Below are positions 38,076-52,924 of a stretch of DNA of 64,000 nucleotides, one piece after another (the first letter of the stretch is position 1; every line of letters starts with the position of its first letter). Position numbers and translations under genes: made by a program. Location: NCBI RefSeq assembly GCF_001194135.2, contig NC_068983.1, forward strand, positions 136,937,248 to 137,001,247, in the 5' to 3' direction. The DNA is from Octopus bimaculoides (lineage: Eukaryota). The notes beneath the pieces are model-generated. The model was not told where the DNA came from. It saw only the letters and a program-made list of their open reading frames with translations, and did no database searches.

Positions 38076-40828
38076 GTCACTTCCACCCATCCAGTTATTC
38101 CTTAATTTTGATATGACCGAATAGTAGAGAATGTGACAGTATGGCATCTGCTTTAAGGGAAGTTTAGGAACCTTGGCATACACATTTGTGTGACTCGAGA
38201 TTTCTGGTTATTCAAATCAGCTAACGAGTCAAAGATCAATCAGTTCCAAGCTGTCTACCTTTAGCAGCAAATGTACTCCCATACTTCATTCATCCTGCTC
38301 AGCTAGACAGATTACTGATTCTTAAATATTCCATCCATATCCTTTACACTCCCTACTGACGAATCGTTCACTCACAGTTGCTATGTTCTCATAACCTAGT
38401 AGAAATAACCCAATATATATCTATAAGTGAAAAGTATTTACCCACCATTGCAATGCTTGCAAGACAACTGTCAGGAAGGCAAAGAGTGTCTTCAAGCTAT
38501 CTTCCTTGACTAACAAACTTACTGCAAGCTCTATCACCTCCCAGAGTGCAACTGGGATTTCTGTCTGCTAATTTGCCAGAATCCCTTCAACCTAGATGTA
38601 GAAATACAGCCAAATCTCCCTTAAATCTCACCCCTCCATACTGAAAAAGGGACACTTGAATATGTTGTCCCAGAATACAAAAAAAAAATAGATGGTCATG
38701 TTTGGAATTACCTTAATCATAGGTCTGGTGGGGTTGGGGTGTTAAAGAACTTTTTTAATCACTTCAGTCCAAAATAGAAACCCGCTATGAAAGTGTTCCT
38801 TCCATTACTCTCCATGTATTCCAAAATTAGATCTTATTCCCATCATATCTGCATTAATTTTGTCTCCATGCTGGACTCTTTCCTCACCACATGGTGAAAG
38901 GACGTGGACATTTTCCACGACTGTTCCCCCCCACCCCCACCCACACACACCAAGAAGACAAATGCTACACAGAAATGCACAATATGTAAAGCAAAAGGGA
39001 AATGCAAGGAAACTAGATACCATTGTTCACAATGTGATATACCACTGTTTTGAACTCTATCACACTAAAATCAATTTTTAAATTCACACGATTGTAAATA
39101 CATGAAGTTGATCTGACTTGTGTTGTCAAGTGATCTTATTCAGGAGTAATAACTTATGAGCATCCTACACAGAGATATATTTGCTCTAAAACGGTTGACA
39201 TAAATATACGCCGAACTTTATCTTACACTGAGTGCTGACCGCAGTTGGTGCAATTACCATTGCTGCACACAGGCAACTGTATGAATCACCACCATAAACT
39301 GGTTAAAGTGGTTGATGTAAATATATGCTGAACAATAGTTGTGCACTAATTGCTGATCTCAGCCGAGATGATTACCATCAATGCAACCTAGTTGCTTGAT
39401 AAAAAAAAAAAACTGCTGTCATGGGGTTAAAATATCCTACTGAAATTTGGAACCCATTTTATATTCACAATGTAAATAGACTAGAACAAGTTCAGAGACA
39501 TTTTTCTGAACAAGCAGTTTGGATGTATCCAGAATGTCTGATTGATCCCAAAATTCAATCATGTGAATAGAGATACTTGATCTTTATGTATAAAATACTG
39601 TGTAATACAGTGTCATTTCCCTTTTGTAACTCCTCTGTTCTCTCTGACAGTTCCAGCCAACACAGCAATCACCTCCTTCATCTCTTTCTAACTAGTTTCA
39701 ATAAAGGTATTTGACAACAATTTTCCTGAAGAGCCATTCTTGTTTGGGGTTCACTTACCTTCTCAATTTTTGAAATCTTCTTATTCAGGTTTTAAGAGAA
39801 GAGTTGCTTCTTTAGATCTGTTCAACTTCTTTAACAAAACATGACTTCAGTTGATCACTCAACTTTACCATTCCTTTCTCAATCAAGATTATCATTAACA
39901 TAATTTAGTTAAGTCTGCTCAAATTTTCCTAACTTGATCATGCTTTGGAAACATGTGAAGGCTGACAACTGAAAGAGCATCCAGCTGTAGAATATCTTCT
40001 TCAGTAAATTCTGTCTGAACTAAGTGGGCAAGGAAAAGTGGTCATTAAAATAACGATGATGAAATAACACTGATGAAAACAACATCTCAGACAGTAAGCT
40101 AGACACCATGGAATGTCTGCCATTGGTGGAGAAACTAGATACACTACTGACTGTTGAATAACTGGATAAAGCAACTGACAATTTTGCCACTTAGAAGGCA
40201 ATGGGATTAGATAGTGTTTCATCAGTGGCTATCAAGTGTTCAAAGAGTATCCTGTTGTCTCAGTTCTAGTTTGAAAAAGAAAGAGCAGTATCACAGGACA
40301 TGAGAGACTGCAATATTGTTACCCTTTGTGTGAAAAAGTAGGGTCAAAGTAATCAATTTTAAGATGGCTCCTGATGTAGGATACCATTTTGTGAGAAAAG
40401 TTGCAGAAATTACTGCTCTAGCAACACTAAGTGATGGTTTTGCTTGAGGTTTGAAAACAACATAATGTTCAGAGAAAAATAGATCCATTGAAGCAGAATG
40501 AAAAAAATAGTTGTTATAATATTTATTCCCATAGAATTTATATAATTAGCTGTGAACTAAAAAACCATTAACAGAACAAATTAATAGTAGTTAACAGAAC
40601 AGATGAACAACTGTGTGAAGTTATGATAAATCAATTTGGCTTAAGAACAAAGTAAAGAACCAAATTAAAAAATAAAATTGATCAAATGCAACATACAGAA
40701 ATTTTGCATACAATATATCCAGATAAATTCACTTTGGTGTGTGGTAATTAAGAAAGAAAACAAACTTCAAAATAGTATAGAGTAGAAATGGAAATAATAT
40801 CAGGATTGTAATTCTAATTCTAATTCTA

Positions 40829-41260
40829 CAGGGTGCAGTGAATAAAGTGTCATCTAAATTACACAAAAATGAAAATAACACTAACATCTCATTTTAACAG
40901 ATATATTCACCAAAATTACATAAAATATTTTGATATACTAAAGAGTAAATTTATTCAATAAAATCACCATTGGCTTCAACCTCGGCCTCCAGATGACTTC
41001 AGAATCTCCTGCAATCAGTCTCCTTGTTTAAGTTGGTGAATGCTACCATAATCCTTGCCTTCAGTTCATCTTTGGTATAACAAGGAGTTTTGTTGGTCTC
41101 TTGCTCAACTGTGCCCCATGCATAATAATCAAGGGGGTTGAAGTCTGGGGGGGTTAGGTGGCTAGATGTTAGGAGGGAGTAATGTGGTCACAGAAATTGT
41201 CTGAAAGCTATGATTCGGTTTTCCTGCTGCTTGTATGGTATGATGCAGAGTCCTGTTACC
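40829..41260 (-). mobile_element. 3' fragment of the same maT family
   Basis: TA|CAGGGTGCAGTGAATAAAGTGTCATCTAAATTACAC is the reverse complement of 33780-33857; WPPN..DFNPLDY..WG motif on the minus strand. Confidence 0.85.
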
Positions 41261-41279
41261 ATTATGCATGCCAGGAAAA

Positions 41280-42110
41280 CAGTGCTATTCAATAAAGGTC
41301 TAACCTGGGTCAGACAATCTGACCCTATGGGCTCCTTTGATATAGCGATGGGAGACTACGACAACACTGATGTTTGAGACCACATTGGGTTATAAATCCT
41401 TGATACCCTTTAGAAAAAGTTCCCCTCTGTGTTCTTTGGTCTCTACAGAGATGATGCCCTGGCCATCTCTAGAGGAGCACCCTAGACATGCTTAGGAAAG
41501 ATCTAATTAACACACTTGCCTCCATGGGATTAAAAGTCACCATCAAGACCAACCTCACCACCATGGATTTCTTAGATGTCTCACTCGACTTGGGCTCTGG
41601 TACATACAGGCCCTACTGCAAGCCAAATGAGAGGCTAACATACATCAACACAGCCTCCTGTCACCCGCCTATCATGCTCAAAAACTTGGTGAAGGGAATT
41701 AGTAAGAGGATCATGAACCTTTCCTCCAGCCAAGAGATTTTTGATGCAGCAGCCCCCTACTATAACAAGGCCCTAGCTGCTAGCAGATTTAGGAACCAAA
41801 TCTCCTACATGCTGGGCCCCAACATTCATAGAAGGAAGCACCACAGAAATATCATTTGGTTTGCTCCTTACCTCCTCTCTTAATGTAAAAACCTCTGTAG
41901 GTAGGATATTTCTTAAGTAAATAGGTAAACATTTCACTAGTTCACATAGATACTGATGCATTTTCAACAGGCACTACCTTAGGGTCTCTTTTAGCTGTGC
42001 CCCCAATACTAAGAGCATTCTAGTTAGCACCCTTAAACCGTGAGTGGAGGCAGGAAGTTCATGCAGGGACAACAGATGCCCAGTGAGGGGCCACTGCAAA
42101 ACCAAGTTTT
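41280..42110 (+). mobile_element. Penelope-like element RT fragment (to start of GIY-YIG region)
   Basis: GLYRDDALAI (41438-41467), DFLDVSLDL..GTYRPY.KPN...YIN..SCHPP.MLKNL, RNIIWF.P, CPVRGHC; degenerate. Confidence 0.85.
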
Positions 42111-43049
42111 CAATTGAATGAATCGACCCCAGTACTTAGTTTTTATTTTTTGTTAAGCCTGGTGCTTATTCAATCAGTCTCTTTTGCCAAACTGCTAGGT
42201 TGCAAAGACAAACACACCAACACCAGTGGTCAAACATGGTGCAGCTTCCCTGCTTGCCAGGCCTCAGTCAAACCATCCAATCCATGTCAGCATGGAAAGC
42301 AGACATTAAACAACAATGATGATGATGATGATATGTATATATGATAGGTTTCTTTCTGTCTACCAAATCCACTCACAAGGCTTTTTTGGCCCAAGGCTAT
42401 CATAGAAAATATTTGCCCAAGGTGCCTGAGTGACTTTGTTGATTTCCCTTCTTGTTATTAACACTATGTCTTACTATGTATTTTCGAAAATTTAATGTTG
42501 TGGCTGGATTTTCATCAGGACAACCACACATCTTTTGTTTTGGAATCTCTGAATCTGGATCTTTAGATAATTCTTCTGATTTACATTTGACACTGAAACA
42601 TACTTCCTTTCAAGTTACAAATCAATTTATTTAGTTCTTCTTCAACTTCTAGATTATTTATTCCCATTTCTGATTGTAGATATTGCACTGTAGTTGTCCT
42701 CATTTAGTGGCTTTTAGGTTGCTGGCTTTTAATTTGATCAATTAAAGTAATTCTGTTAACTGATGCTAAATCTCATTTAAAACAAATTAGGAAGGACTAA
42801 AATTTTATGAAATCAAAAATTAAAACGAAAAAAAAATTAAATATAAAATAAATAAGTTGCTTCCCTGCATAAATATACCCATGTATGGGTTATATTTTAT
42901 GAATATTATATCATCCAAATGAGTTTACTCTTAGATACATACTTGTTCATATTTTAATAAGTGTCCTTCAGTTACTATCATTGGCAGTTTGGTGAGATGG
43001 TTGAGCAAATCTTGATGATTTACTAATTAACAATGAAACTAGTTGGTTT

Positions 43050-43765
43050 AATCTTCATTTTGAGAATGGGAGAAAGAGAGTCTGCCGAATGTTGACCCAA
43101 CAGAGGGACCAGCTATCCGAGTTGACAGTACCATGGTAGATAAAGCAATTAAGAGTATGAAGACAGGGAAAGCCCCTGGCCCATCAGGAATCACTGCAGA
43201 GATGCTCAAAATATCTGGCAGTGTCGGGTATAGTCTAGTCACCCGTATTATTAACCAGGTGATACACGAAGGAGTCATACCTAAAGACTGGTGTAGCAGC
43301 ACCATAGTCAACTGCTACAAAAGTAAAGGTGACGCTTTAAATACAAATAATTACAGAGGTATCAAGTTGTTAGATCAGGTAATGAAAGTCACAGAGAGGG
43401 TCATAGCGCAACTAATTAGGGAGCGAATCAGTTTAGATTAGATGAGATGCACATGAAAAGACATTCGAGCAAGGTTGTTGCCAGTGCCGCTGGACTGGCT
43501 CCTGTGCAGGTGGCATTTAAAATACACCATTTTGAGTGTGGCCGTTGCCGGTACCGCCTGACTGGCCTTTGTGCCGGTGACACATAAAAGCACCCACTAC
43601 ATTCTCGGAGTGGTTGGCGTTAGGAAGGGCATCCAGCTGTAGAAACTCTGCCAAATCAGATTGGAGCCTGGTGTAGCCATCTGGTTCATCAGTCCTCAGT
43701 CAAATCGTCCAACCCATGCTAGCATGGAAAGTGGACATTAAACAATGATGATAACAATGATGAGT
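43050..43765 (+). mobile_element. RTE internal ORF fragment fused directly to the 3' tail module
   Basis: VDPTEGPAIRVDSTMVDKAIKSMKTGKAPGPSGITAEMLK...NYRGIKLLDQVMKVTERVIAQLIRERISLD*, then repeat units, GGAAGGGCATCC and the (ATG)n tail. Confidence 0.88.
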
Positions 43766-46399
43766 AATGGCAGCTATTTTTTTGCTGCTTATTTTTTCAG
43801 TTTAATTTTTTTGTTAGTTTGCTGTTGTATGAATTAACCTTTATATCAAGAATGGAATGTGATGGTCTAAGATAGAGGGTAAATGTGACATGTGATAAGA
43901 GGGTGCTTATGTGTTTATGAGGAAAGAAGGAGCTACAGAACACTTGGAGGTTGATTAGCAAGAAGGGACAACTTGTGTTTCTGGGGACCATTAGAATCTG
44001 AATTTCTCAATTTATTTTGAGTTAAGACCAGGTGGTTGTTTTTCTTTATGAGTTCCCTGACAACCATTGCAATAGGAAGGCATTCATCAAGGAAAGGCTA
44101 GGTTGTTTTTTCTCATAACAAACATTGAACTGTGTCTGTGATGAAGATGCTTAACTCTTGTTAGCTTAGTCAGCAACTGTAAATAGCTTTTATGGAAGGA
44201 TGATGTTCACTGGAGTAGTTATCAAGGGAACCATATTTTAATACAGTTAAAGTTTCCTTAGCTTGCAACTATCCTTATCATTGTCCTCATCATTGTTGCT
44301 GCCACCTCCTCTGTCACTGCCACCACACCACCAACAACTATACAACAGCACACATTTTAAACGTTCTTCATATTAGTCTGCTTTTGCACTTAGAAAGAAA
44401 ACCTTTGTTGTTGTTGCTTGGCACCAGGTCAGAACTGATCAATTGGCCCTATGAGAAAAGGTGCTTTAATCAGGATCCTCTCCCTGTCTCCTTATGGGCA
44501 TTTAGGAATACACTATCCAATATACCTTTCCTTTTGTCAAGACAGTAGAGAGAAATACGAGGAAAATTTAGGTGCTATTTCTAGCGAGTTAGGCAACAAT
44601 ATAGAAGCCCCTTTGTTTTGTTGCCAACAGCAGTAACTACTGCACGAGTAGTGTTAAAAAATAATCCCTCAGTTTCTTACAGTAAATAAAAGGTAGTCAC
44701 TCTAATATCCAGAATCAAATCAGAAGATCCAGTTATTTTACCAAGTAGTTTCCCAAGCCATTGGATCTAAATCTGAGTTGTAATATTTATTTACATTTGA
44801 TAGCCAATGTGTAACAGTAAATTCCACATTAAAGTTTTCACACCCAGGTATCTACACACACATGCGCATTCATGTACACATATGCATAATATTTTTTAAG
44901 CAATTTACTTTTTATAATCATGCTAAAGTTATGTGCTTAGAAAATTATTGCAATAAGATTACCTAAATAATATTTTTTGTTATTGACTTGATGCACAATC
45001 TTTTCTGTTAGGTTTTATCTGTTTGAAAATGTATGTGAAATTATTCATTATACATTTCTTTTCATGATAACATATGTTAGATATTCATAAAGATTGAAAC
45101 AATCATATCATCATTGAACAATGATTATAAAGAATCTGAAGGATAGCAATAAAATTCTCATGTTTGTTTGCTTACGCTCTAACTTTTAACCCAATGCATT
45201 GTCTTGACTTCTTGCTCACCCCCTCCACCACCACCACCACCACCACAGTGAAATGAAAATTATGCAACTCATATCTTTCTTTTTTCACTTCTTTTGCCCT
45301 CTGGTCTTTCCACTACTCCTCTACTTACATGACCTCTAGAGCTATAACAAAAGTAACTCAAAATTATAGTTACCAATAGCAGCTGAAAGAAATTTTCTTG
45401 TTATATTACATATTTCTATTACTTTTTATTTCTCATATCACTGATTTCAGTTATTCATATAACTTATATATGCACATTGCATGTATCCTATTCAATACAG
45501 CACAAGGCCATTTACATTATGTGAATAACTTGTTAAAAAATGCAAAATCATGAAAACCAAAAGCAATTTTTTTTCACTTTATTTGATAATCATTTTAATC
45601 AAATTTCTGAGATGCCAGAGAGAACACCTAAACAATCAAACAAGGGCATCTTTATATAGTTGCTTGACTTGCAAGAAATAGCAGCTAAATCTTCTACTTA
45701 TCAAGCTCTACTGACTTTTAAAAAAGACATATTGGATATTGTGTTCTAGAGTAGACTTTGCCAGAAAAAATACAAGGTGGGCAAGGCTGGAATTTCTATG
45801 ATCATAGGTGTGTTCAAATACACTGACTTAGAGCAACAATAAAGCAAACAAATTTAATAAAACTTCTGGCATCTCTGCTTGTTGGCTGGATATATAGCAT
45901 GAAGGGAATGATAGTGGTAGTGTACACAAAATATTTTGCAACAGTAAAAAATATTTCAAACAAAACTTAATAAGTAGCTGTGATGCAAGTGGAGAACATA
46001 ACCTATATATAACAGTGAGAAATCTTCCAGCATCTTGTATGAAGCAAACTTTGCTTATTATGTCTCCTATGCGTGTTCTTCTGTATATTAACAACCTGCT
46101 TTATTGACATCTATAACAACTCATATTTACACATATGATACCACTATTCACTCCTGTTTAGCCTTCTGTAGCACACAAGTATCACTCACATATTACTTCA
46201 CATCAAATCCCTGTTACTTTCATGAACAGAAACACCAAAACATTTTCCAATATCAACACGACAATCTTGACTCTTAACTGCATAAAGTCACAATCACTGC
46301 TTATAGCAAGGAAATATTTTTGTAGCTCACTCTCTATAGTCTTGGACAATATGCAATTATGACCCTGAAAATTGCTACAAAATCTAGACCTCACAAACT

Positions 46400-47430
46400 C
46401 AAATGATCTTTCCTGATGGCCCCAGATATTAATAAAACTAAAACTTGCCCTCTAGAACTTTGTAGTGGGCCACCAACTGTTTAGGGATAAAGCTGTATTA
46501 GAGTTAGAAGAGAAAGCCTAGTCTTTAAGATGCAATTTTAGTAATGTTATATAGATGGTAGCTATAAAAGTTTGTTAGAGATTTTGAAGTCCAGCATTTA
46601 TAGATATCTTAAGGGCTTTAATTCATAAGTTGGGAGGATGTAATGTATTGCTCATGTGAAGAGAAGTGAACTGATGTGAGATTGTTTCCTTTATGCAAGT
46701 ATTGATTGTATCTTGGTGGTATCATGTATCCATTAGAAGCTATTTTTTGAGGTCTCAGTTAAATCAGTGAAAGGTGTCTAGATTGTATTTGGATTGACAC
46801 CTGTAAGTATAAAATGCTGGAAAGGAGTAAAATATAGTATCGTCTTCATAAGAATGTATGTGATTTGAAATAACAAGGTAGAAATAGATTGTTGATCTGA
46901 AAGAACCCATTTATGTAGACTGTTAAAACTCCTAATTCATAAGATAAGATTTTTGGAGATCTTAGGCAAGTAACTTTAGTAGGTAGTACTCTTACCATTA
47001 TACAATTGCATACTTTGCTGATATCAAGGGTAACAATATTGTTTTGAACTAATTTCTCAAGATGATTGATTTCTGGTGTGTGATGCAAAAAAGCAAATCT
47101 CTGATCAATCATATATGCAAGCTGTTTTGATGGTTTGTGTGACAGGAAATAAAATTAAGGTGATCACTGAGGCAGCTATTTACTACTGAATCCATCACCA
47201 TGAGATATTGGAAGTGAGGGTAATATACTGGAAGTTGTCATGTTCAGAAAGATCTTTTGGGAAATGGAACATTCTGTTGGGTTTTCCTCTAGGAATTGAA
47301 AGTAAAATGAGCAGTAAATATAAGGTACAACTGAGGTTGAGGAGTGATAAGAAGGAAGATTCTGCTATGTTAGGGGAGATCCATTTGCTAAGAGAGGTAA
47401 TCTTTATTCCTAAAAATATTCTATCCTGTT
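46400..47430 (-). mobile_element. Old CR1/L2/Jockey-type LINE relic
   Basis: Decayed LDISK(AFD) motif near 47020 and an endonuclease-end-like segment near 47200-47400; very diverged. Confidence 0.45.
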
Positions 47431-48606
47431 AATGATTTCCATTTCAAATAGTAATAAATCTATATTTAATCATTAGTTTTAATCTTCGTCAACTATTGTA
47501 GATCGGTATGATTTATTTGCTTATTCTATTTTTTATTGCAAGTCTTTCATCTTTCGATTATTTTAACTTCTTGCCATCTACCCATGTGCATTCGTGACTC
47601 CTCTCACCACATTCACTAAACTTCACTCTCTCTTTGACAAGTGTATTGAAATAAGGGTGTGTAATACCAGGGGAAATAATCACCGTTTGAAGACGAGACC
47701 GGATGAACTAGGAAATATATTATAAAGAAAAAAATTTTCTCCTGATCGTATTTTCTTTAATATGATTCCATCATTAGAATATATTTCAGGGGAAAATACT
47801 TAGTTTTAAGATAATAAAACGGTATCTGTGATAATAACATTTAATGAAGTTTCCCTCAAAATCCATACTGCAACCGGAAATACACTATGCTAATGGCGAC
47901 GGCATGTCTGCGGATACTACATGTAACCGACTCTCTCTGATAAATTCTCGATTAAAGGTTGGTGATTGATCATGATTTTTCTCAAAAGAAATTAACTAGC
48001 GTGAAAACAGTGTCTTTTTTGTTACTACTTCATACATCACCTTCCCCTTTCTATTTATGATTTCTTTTTATTGCAAACAATTATGTTCATTTCTCTGATC
48101 AGTCCCTGATCAAAATACATATTATTGCAAACAGTTTGTTGTTTTGTGCACAAGGAAGATGTGACGTTCATGCATTTGCTAAAATTATTGCGTACATATT
48201 TAAAATTGTTTCAATTTTATGTTATGATCATATCATCTTTATAATAATACCCTATTTAATCCATTTCGATTAATAAATTAGGAAATTATTTACTTTGGTC
48301 TGTAAATGTCTGAGAAAGGCATGAACCTCACATCTTCTGGTTATGTTATTTACTCACAAGCTGTCTGGTGCTTGTTTATTTAGATCAAGTAGTTGTGTGT
48401 ATGTGAACGAAATTAGTTTTCAAGCAATTTTCATTATAAGATGTACTCTGATTTTATAAGGAAAATTGTCTTAGAAACGTTATTTCTCAACTTGTTTATT
48501 ATTAAACTCACTCAGAACAGTTTTTATTTTGTTGTAACTTCAAGTAATGTTTTTCTTTAAAAAGCATATAATAATACAGAATTTATGTCTGAGACGATCT
48601 CTCACT

Positions 48607-48664
<58 letters not shown>

Positions 48665-50699
48665 AATACACTCACACACGCATATGTGTGTGTATGTACG
48701 TATATATAATTTAATTGAGTTATGTGGAATTAGATTTCTAAGGAAGTTTGATTAATTTTTATTTGTTTCGTTTATTATAAACCTAACTGTTTTGAAACAT
48801 CAGTTTTATATTCGTATCTACTGTGTCAACATAGATTTTGCTTTCGATGAGCCGAACTAACTTTGCACCCCGGTTTCAATTTACTGCATTTCACCTAACT
48901 AATTACGATCCTTGGGGGGAAAATTGACAGCTACACATGTTCGTTTTCTTCTGTCTGAATATCTGTGTTCTTGTATCTGTAAGGTGTCAAATATTCATGT
49001 ACCTGTGTAAGATAGTAATGTTTTTGTTTTCTCAAAGACGTACACAATTGTTTGTTTTTGTCTTAAAATTCTTCTACAATTACTGATTGTGATTTCTCTC
49101 CAAATTATCTTGCTAAAATATCTACAATAAAATCCGCTAAGTCACATCATATTTCTGTTTATTTGTTTTGAACCAGATCGAATGTTTGCTTCCTCCTTAC
49201 ACTCATACTAGCTTGTTATGAATGTCTATTACTTATCTAACACCACTACTACTAATAATAATGATAAAATAATGGTTTGGATTGGAAACTCAGAATTTCG
49301 GTCTTTGATATTCTAATTAATTATGTATATTATTGTAAAGAAAAATAACTCGACTTTCCCCTTGAGCTTCACACACACGTGCGTGTGTGTGTGTGTGTGT
49401 GTGTGTAAAAGAACAAAATCGATTGATTCTCTGTCTAATTTTATATCAAGATCAAATTTTTAGTCTTTGTTAAAAAATGACCTATTTTTAACTTGTGGCA
49501 GTGTTGATATGTCTATATATGTAATAAATGGTCCATGTGATGGCTGCTCTGTTGTTGCTGTAAAGTAGAAATAAATTCTTGGCCATTGGAGTCTGCCATT
49601 AGGTTTCGATTTCCAATTGGTGCTGTTGGTCCTTCGGTTTCTTATCCAGATTTTTATAAGCTCAAAGCTAAAAACACACCTGAATGATTAAGAAATATGT
49701 TTAACATCAAAATTGACGTAAAATGAAAACGAAAATAAGAGTATGAAAAAACGTTATTTTTGTCGTGAGAAATATTTCTTTATCATTCCTTAGTTTCTTG
49801 TACTTGTTTGTGTTTGAAATTTAAGGAATACCGCCATTTCTCTTCACACGCCTCGTTAAAAATCCTCGAGGGAGGTACGTACCTCACAAACCCTACTTAC
49901 CGACCCCATTAAATGTCGCTGGGTTAAAGTTATAAAAAAACCCCCTTATAGTGGCGTAAATGAAGGAGCACAAGTACTACATCCTTGACAGTTGTTAGGT
50001 TGTACGCATCGACTATTCAACTAGGATCGAGTGTGCCAATAAAATACAAGGCGTGTACAATTAACGCAAATTTGTGATCTTGTGCCTCATGCGTGAAAAT
50101 GTCGATCTTGACTTCATAATCATTATTATTACTGTGATGTCAAACAATTTGTTACATGTACTTCATTTTGGACGATATCTTCATTTTAAAGACTATGATG
50201 TTGATTTCCTTGAAAGGCATAAAACTTCAGATATAAATCTGAAGGAAGGGGGAAATAGTAATGACGTTAATGCCTTTCTCAAGAGCATTAGGGGTTAAAT
50301 AAAACTTATGATTCCATTTAGCTATTAAAACCAAGTTTACAAAGAACTTGCTGTCATGCATGATGTTTCAAATTTATAGGAAAGAGTTGAAAATGCTGTC
50401 ATGACTTTTGTGTCATTAGAAAGATGACATTTGACACACCCTGAGGCAGTTGATGGTCGAAATGATTGACACTTTCACTTACAATGTTTATGCATTCACA
50501 CACACATACACGCACTGAGTGAGACAGAGAATTTTGTTTCAACCCCTACTGGACATTATTGCCAAGATTAAAGCACAAACAGCTCAGTTATGCTAATACT
50601 AGGACTGTTGACCCTTTTGCTACCGTATTTCTTTCTAAATACATTGCGTTTGAATCAATTAATTTTGAACAATAACAACGAATTTAGAAAAATATCGTC

Positions 50700-52920
50700 A
50701 TCATTAACTTCCACTTACCATGTTGGCATGGCTTGAACAGTTTGACAGGAAACTGGCAAGCTGCAGGGCTGTGTCAGGCTCTGATGCTATCTTTAGTATG
50801 GTTTCTACAGCTGGATGTTTCTAACATCACCCATTCTACAGCGAGTACTGGAAGGTTTTTACATGTTACTGACACTAGTGAGGTTACCATGAAACTTGCA
50901 AGAAGGAAAAGGAAAAGACTCCTGTTACTAAGAGGAAATATTTGGGAGAGGAAGGCAGAGGTGGGTGGCTTTATGCCAGGTGTTGAAAGTTTAAAGTATG
51001 ATGGAGGGACAAGCATAGGTGCCTTGCTATAGAGGAGATAGATGGCTGAAGGTAGTGATGTGGTGTTTGAGCAAATTCTCAAGGAACAAGGAGGTGAGCA
51101 AAAGAGAGGATACAAACAGTGGTTATGGGAAGAGTGAGAGAGTGCTTTCATAGGAGTGTGAGGGCGAGTAAACAGGTGGAGGTTAATGTTGTGAGTGATT
51201 AGAAAGGGTGGAAGTGTAGATGATGGGAAATACTAGTACTGAGAGGGGTAAAATGAGAGATATAGGAATGGCTAAAGTAGGAGAATAGAAAACAAAGTAG
51301 GTGCAAAATTTAGGAATAGTAGAGATATAGGGATACATAATGAGTTGTAGTAGATGGGTGGGTCATGATGGTAGATATGGGAGGGCATTGAGAATGACAG
51401 TAGATAAGAGAGGTGTTTAGAATGGAGTATGACCCGAGGGGAAAGAGAACAGTTGGCTGAAGGCACAGAAAGGAGTGGGTGGTGATGGGTTGAAATAGTG
51501 TGGGCAGTGATGATTGAGGAATGTTGGAGACAGTTATGTGATATGTGCATATTCTGTTCTCAAGTGAATAAAGTAGCTGCGTAGTATCATAGATGAGGAA
51601 GGGATGAAAATGATGGGGTACAGGTCCTTGCATGTACATACAAGTATAACTGAGTGGTTATGGGATGTCGTTTTTACTGTAATGGATGGATCTTATAGAG
51701 CACAGCAAAATGCCTGTCATCTCTGTAAGGTCCAGCATCTTGAGATCAGTTTTCAATACTTCATTCTATATCTTCCCTGGTCTCCCTCTTTGACAGGTTC
51801 CATCCATTTTAAGTGATTGGCATTTCTTTATGCAACTGTCCTCATCCTTACACATCACATGATCAAACCAGTACAATTTTCTCTCCTGTATGTTGCATCT
51901 AATTCCTTTGATGCCTAACTTTTCTCTCAGTACATTTGCACTTTGTTGGACAGAGCATTCTAGCTTTATTTCTCTCTGGTCTTTGCATGTTCTCTGCATT
52001 CAGGGCCCAAATCTTACTACCATGGAGCATTGCTGTATGTACACAAATATGCTATCTGCTTTTCATTCATAAAGGCAAATTGTATTACCTCTTCCAATAG
52101 AGATAATAGCTCTCTGAACTTTCTCCATCCTATTCTTATTCTATTGACTACATTTTCAGAACATCCTCCTCCACTGCTAATTAGGTCACCTAGGTAACAG
52201 AAGCTATCTACTACCTCTAAGGAATCTCCAGGGAATTTGAGAACATCAATTTCTTGTGTAACCTTAGACTATGACATCTGTGCACTTTCCACATACAAAA
52301 ACTACTTTCTCTTTTAACCTTCCTGTGATTCCACTGTACCTCTTCTGTGTTAAGTTAATGACCTTCTGATTCTAAGTTTGCTTCCACACTTGGAATTTCT
52401 TTTCTAATTCTGTGACAGATTCCACTGAGTGCATTATCATCAGCATATAGTAGTTCTGAGGGGCAGCCAGTCTTAGGCCTGGAGGACAATGATAAACAGA
52501 GGGGACTGAGAACTGAGACCTGATGCATGCCTACCTGCATCTGAAATTCATCACTGTACTCATGGCTTGCATAGCTTTCACAAGCCATTCATCTATCCCT
52601 AGCATCCTCAGAGACTACCATATCACAGGGAGGGGCTTGGCTGAAGGCTTTCTCCAGACTGACAAATGCCAAGTATAATGGTTTACTCTTAGCTAAATAC
52701 TCTGCTGTTGACTGACTAAAAAGATAACATCAATAGTACTTCTACCAAGCACAAAACCAAACTGCATCTTATCTACTCTAACTGTTTCTAATTAATTGGG
52801 CTACAATAATAACTTTCAAGACCTGGTCCAGCGGTTTGATACCTCTGTAATTTTATCTAAGGCATCTCCTTTACCCTTGTAACAGTTAACTATAATGTTG
52901 ATAAACCAACATGCCAAGGC
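50700..52920 (-). mobile_element. RTE LINE 3' half (RT, CT-rich 3' UTR, tail)
   Basis: IVNCYKGKGDAL, QFGFVLGRST, VGMHQVSVLSPL..ELLYADD, LREKLGIKGIRCNIQERKLYWFDHV..RGRPGKI; tail at about 50700. Confidence 0.85.
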
Positions 52921-52924
52921 TACC

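Noticed and set aside
32800-41260. Composite maT transposon carrying EDEM1 exon 1 and promoter
   Set aside because: Both copies present their 3' ends facing inward (33857 and 40829), the wrong geometry to mobilise the intervening DNA, and both are degenerate.
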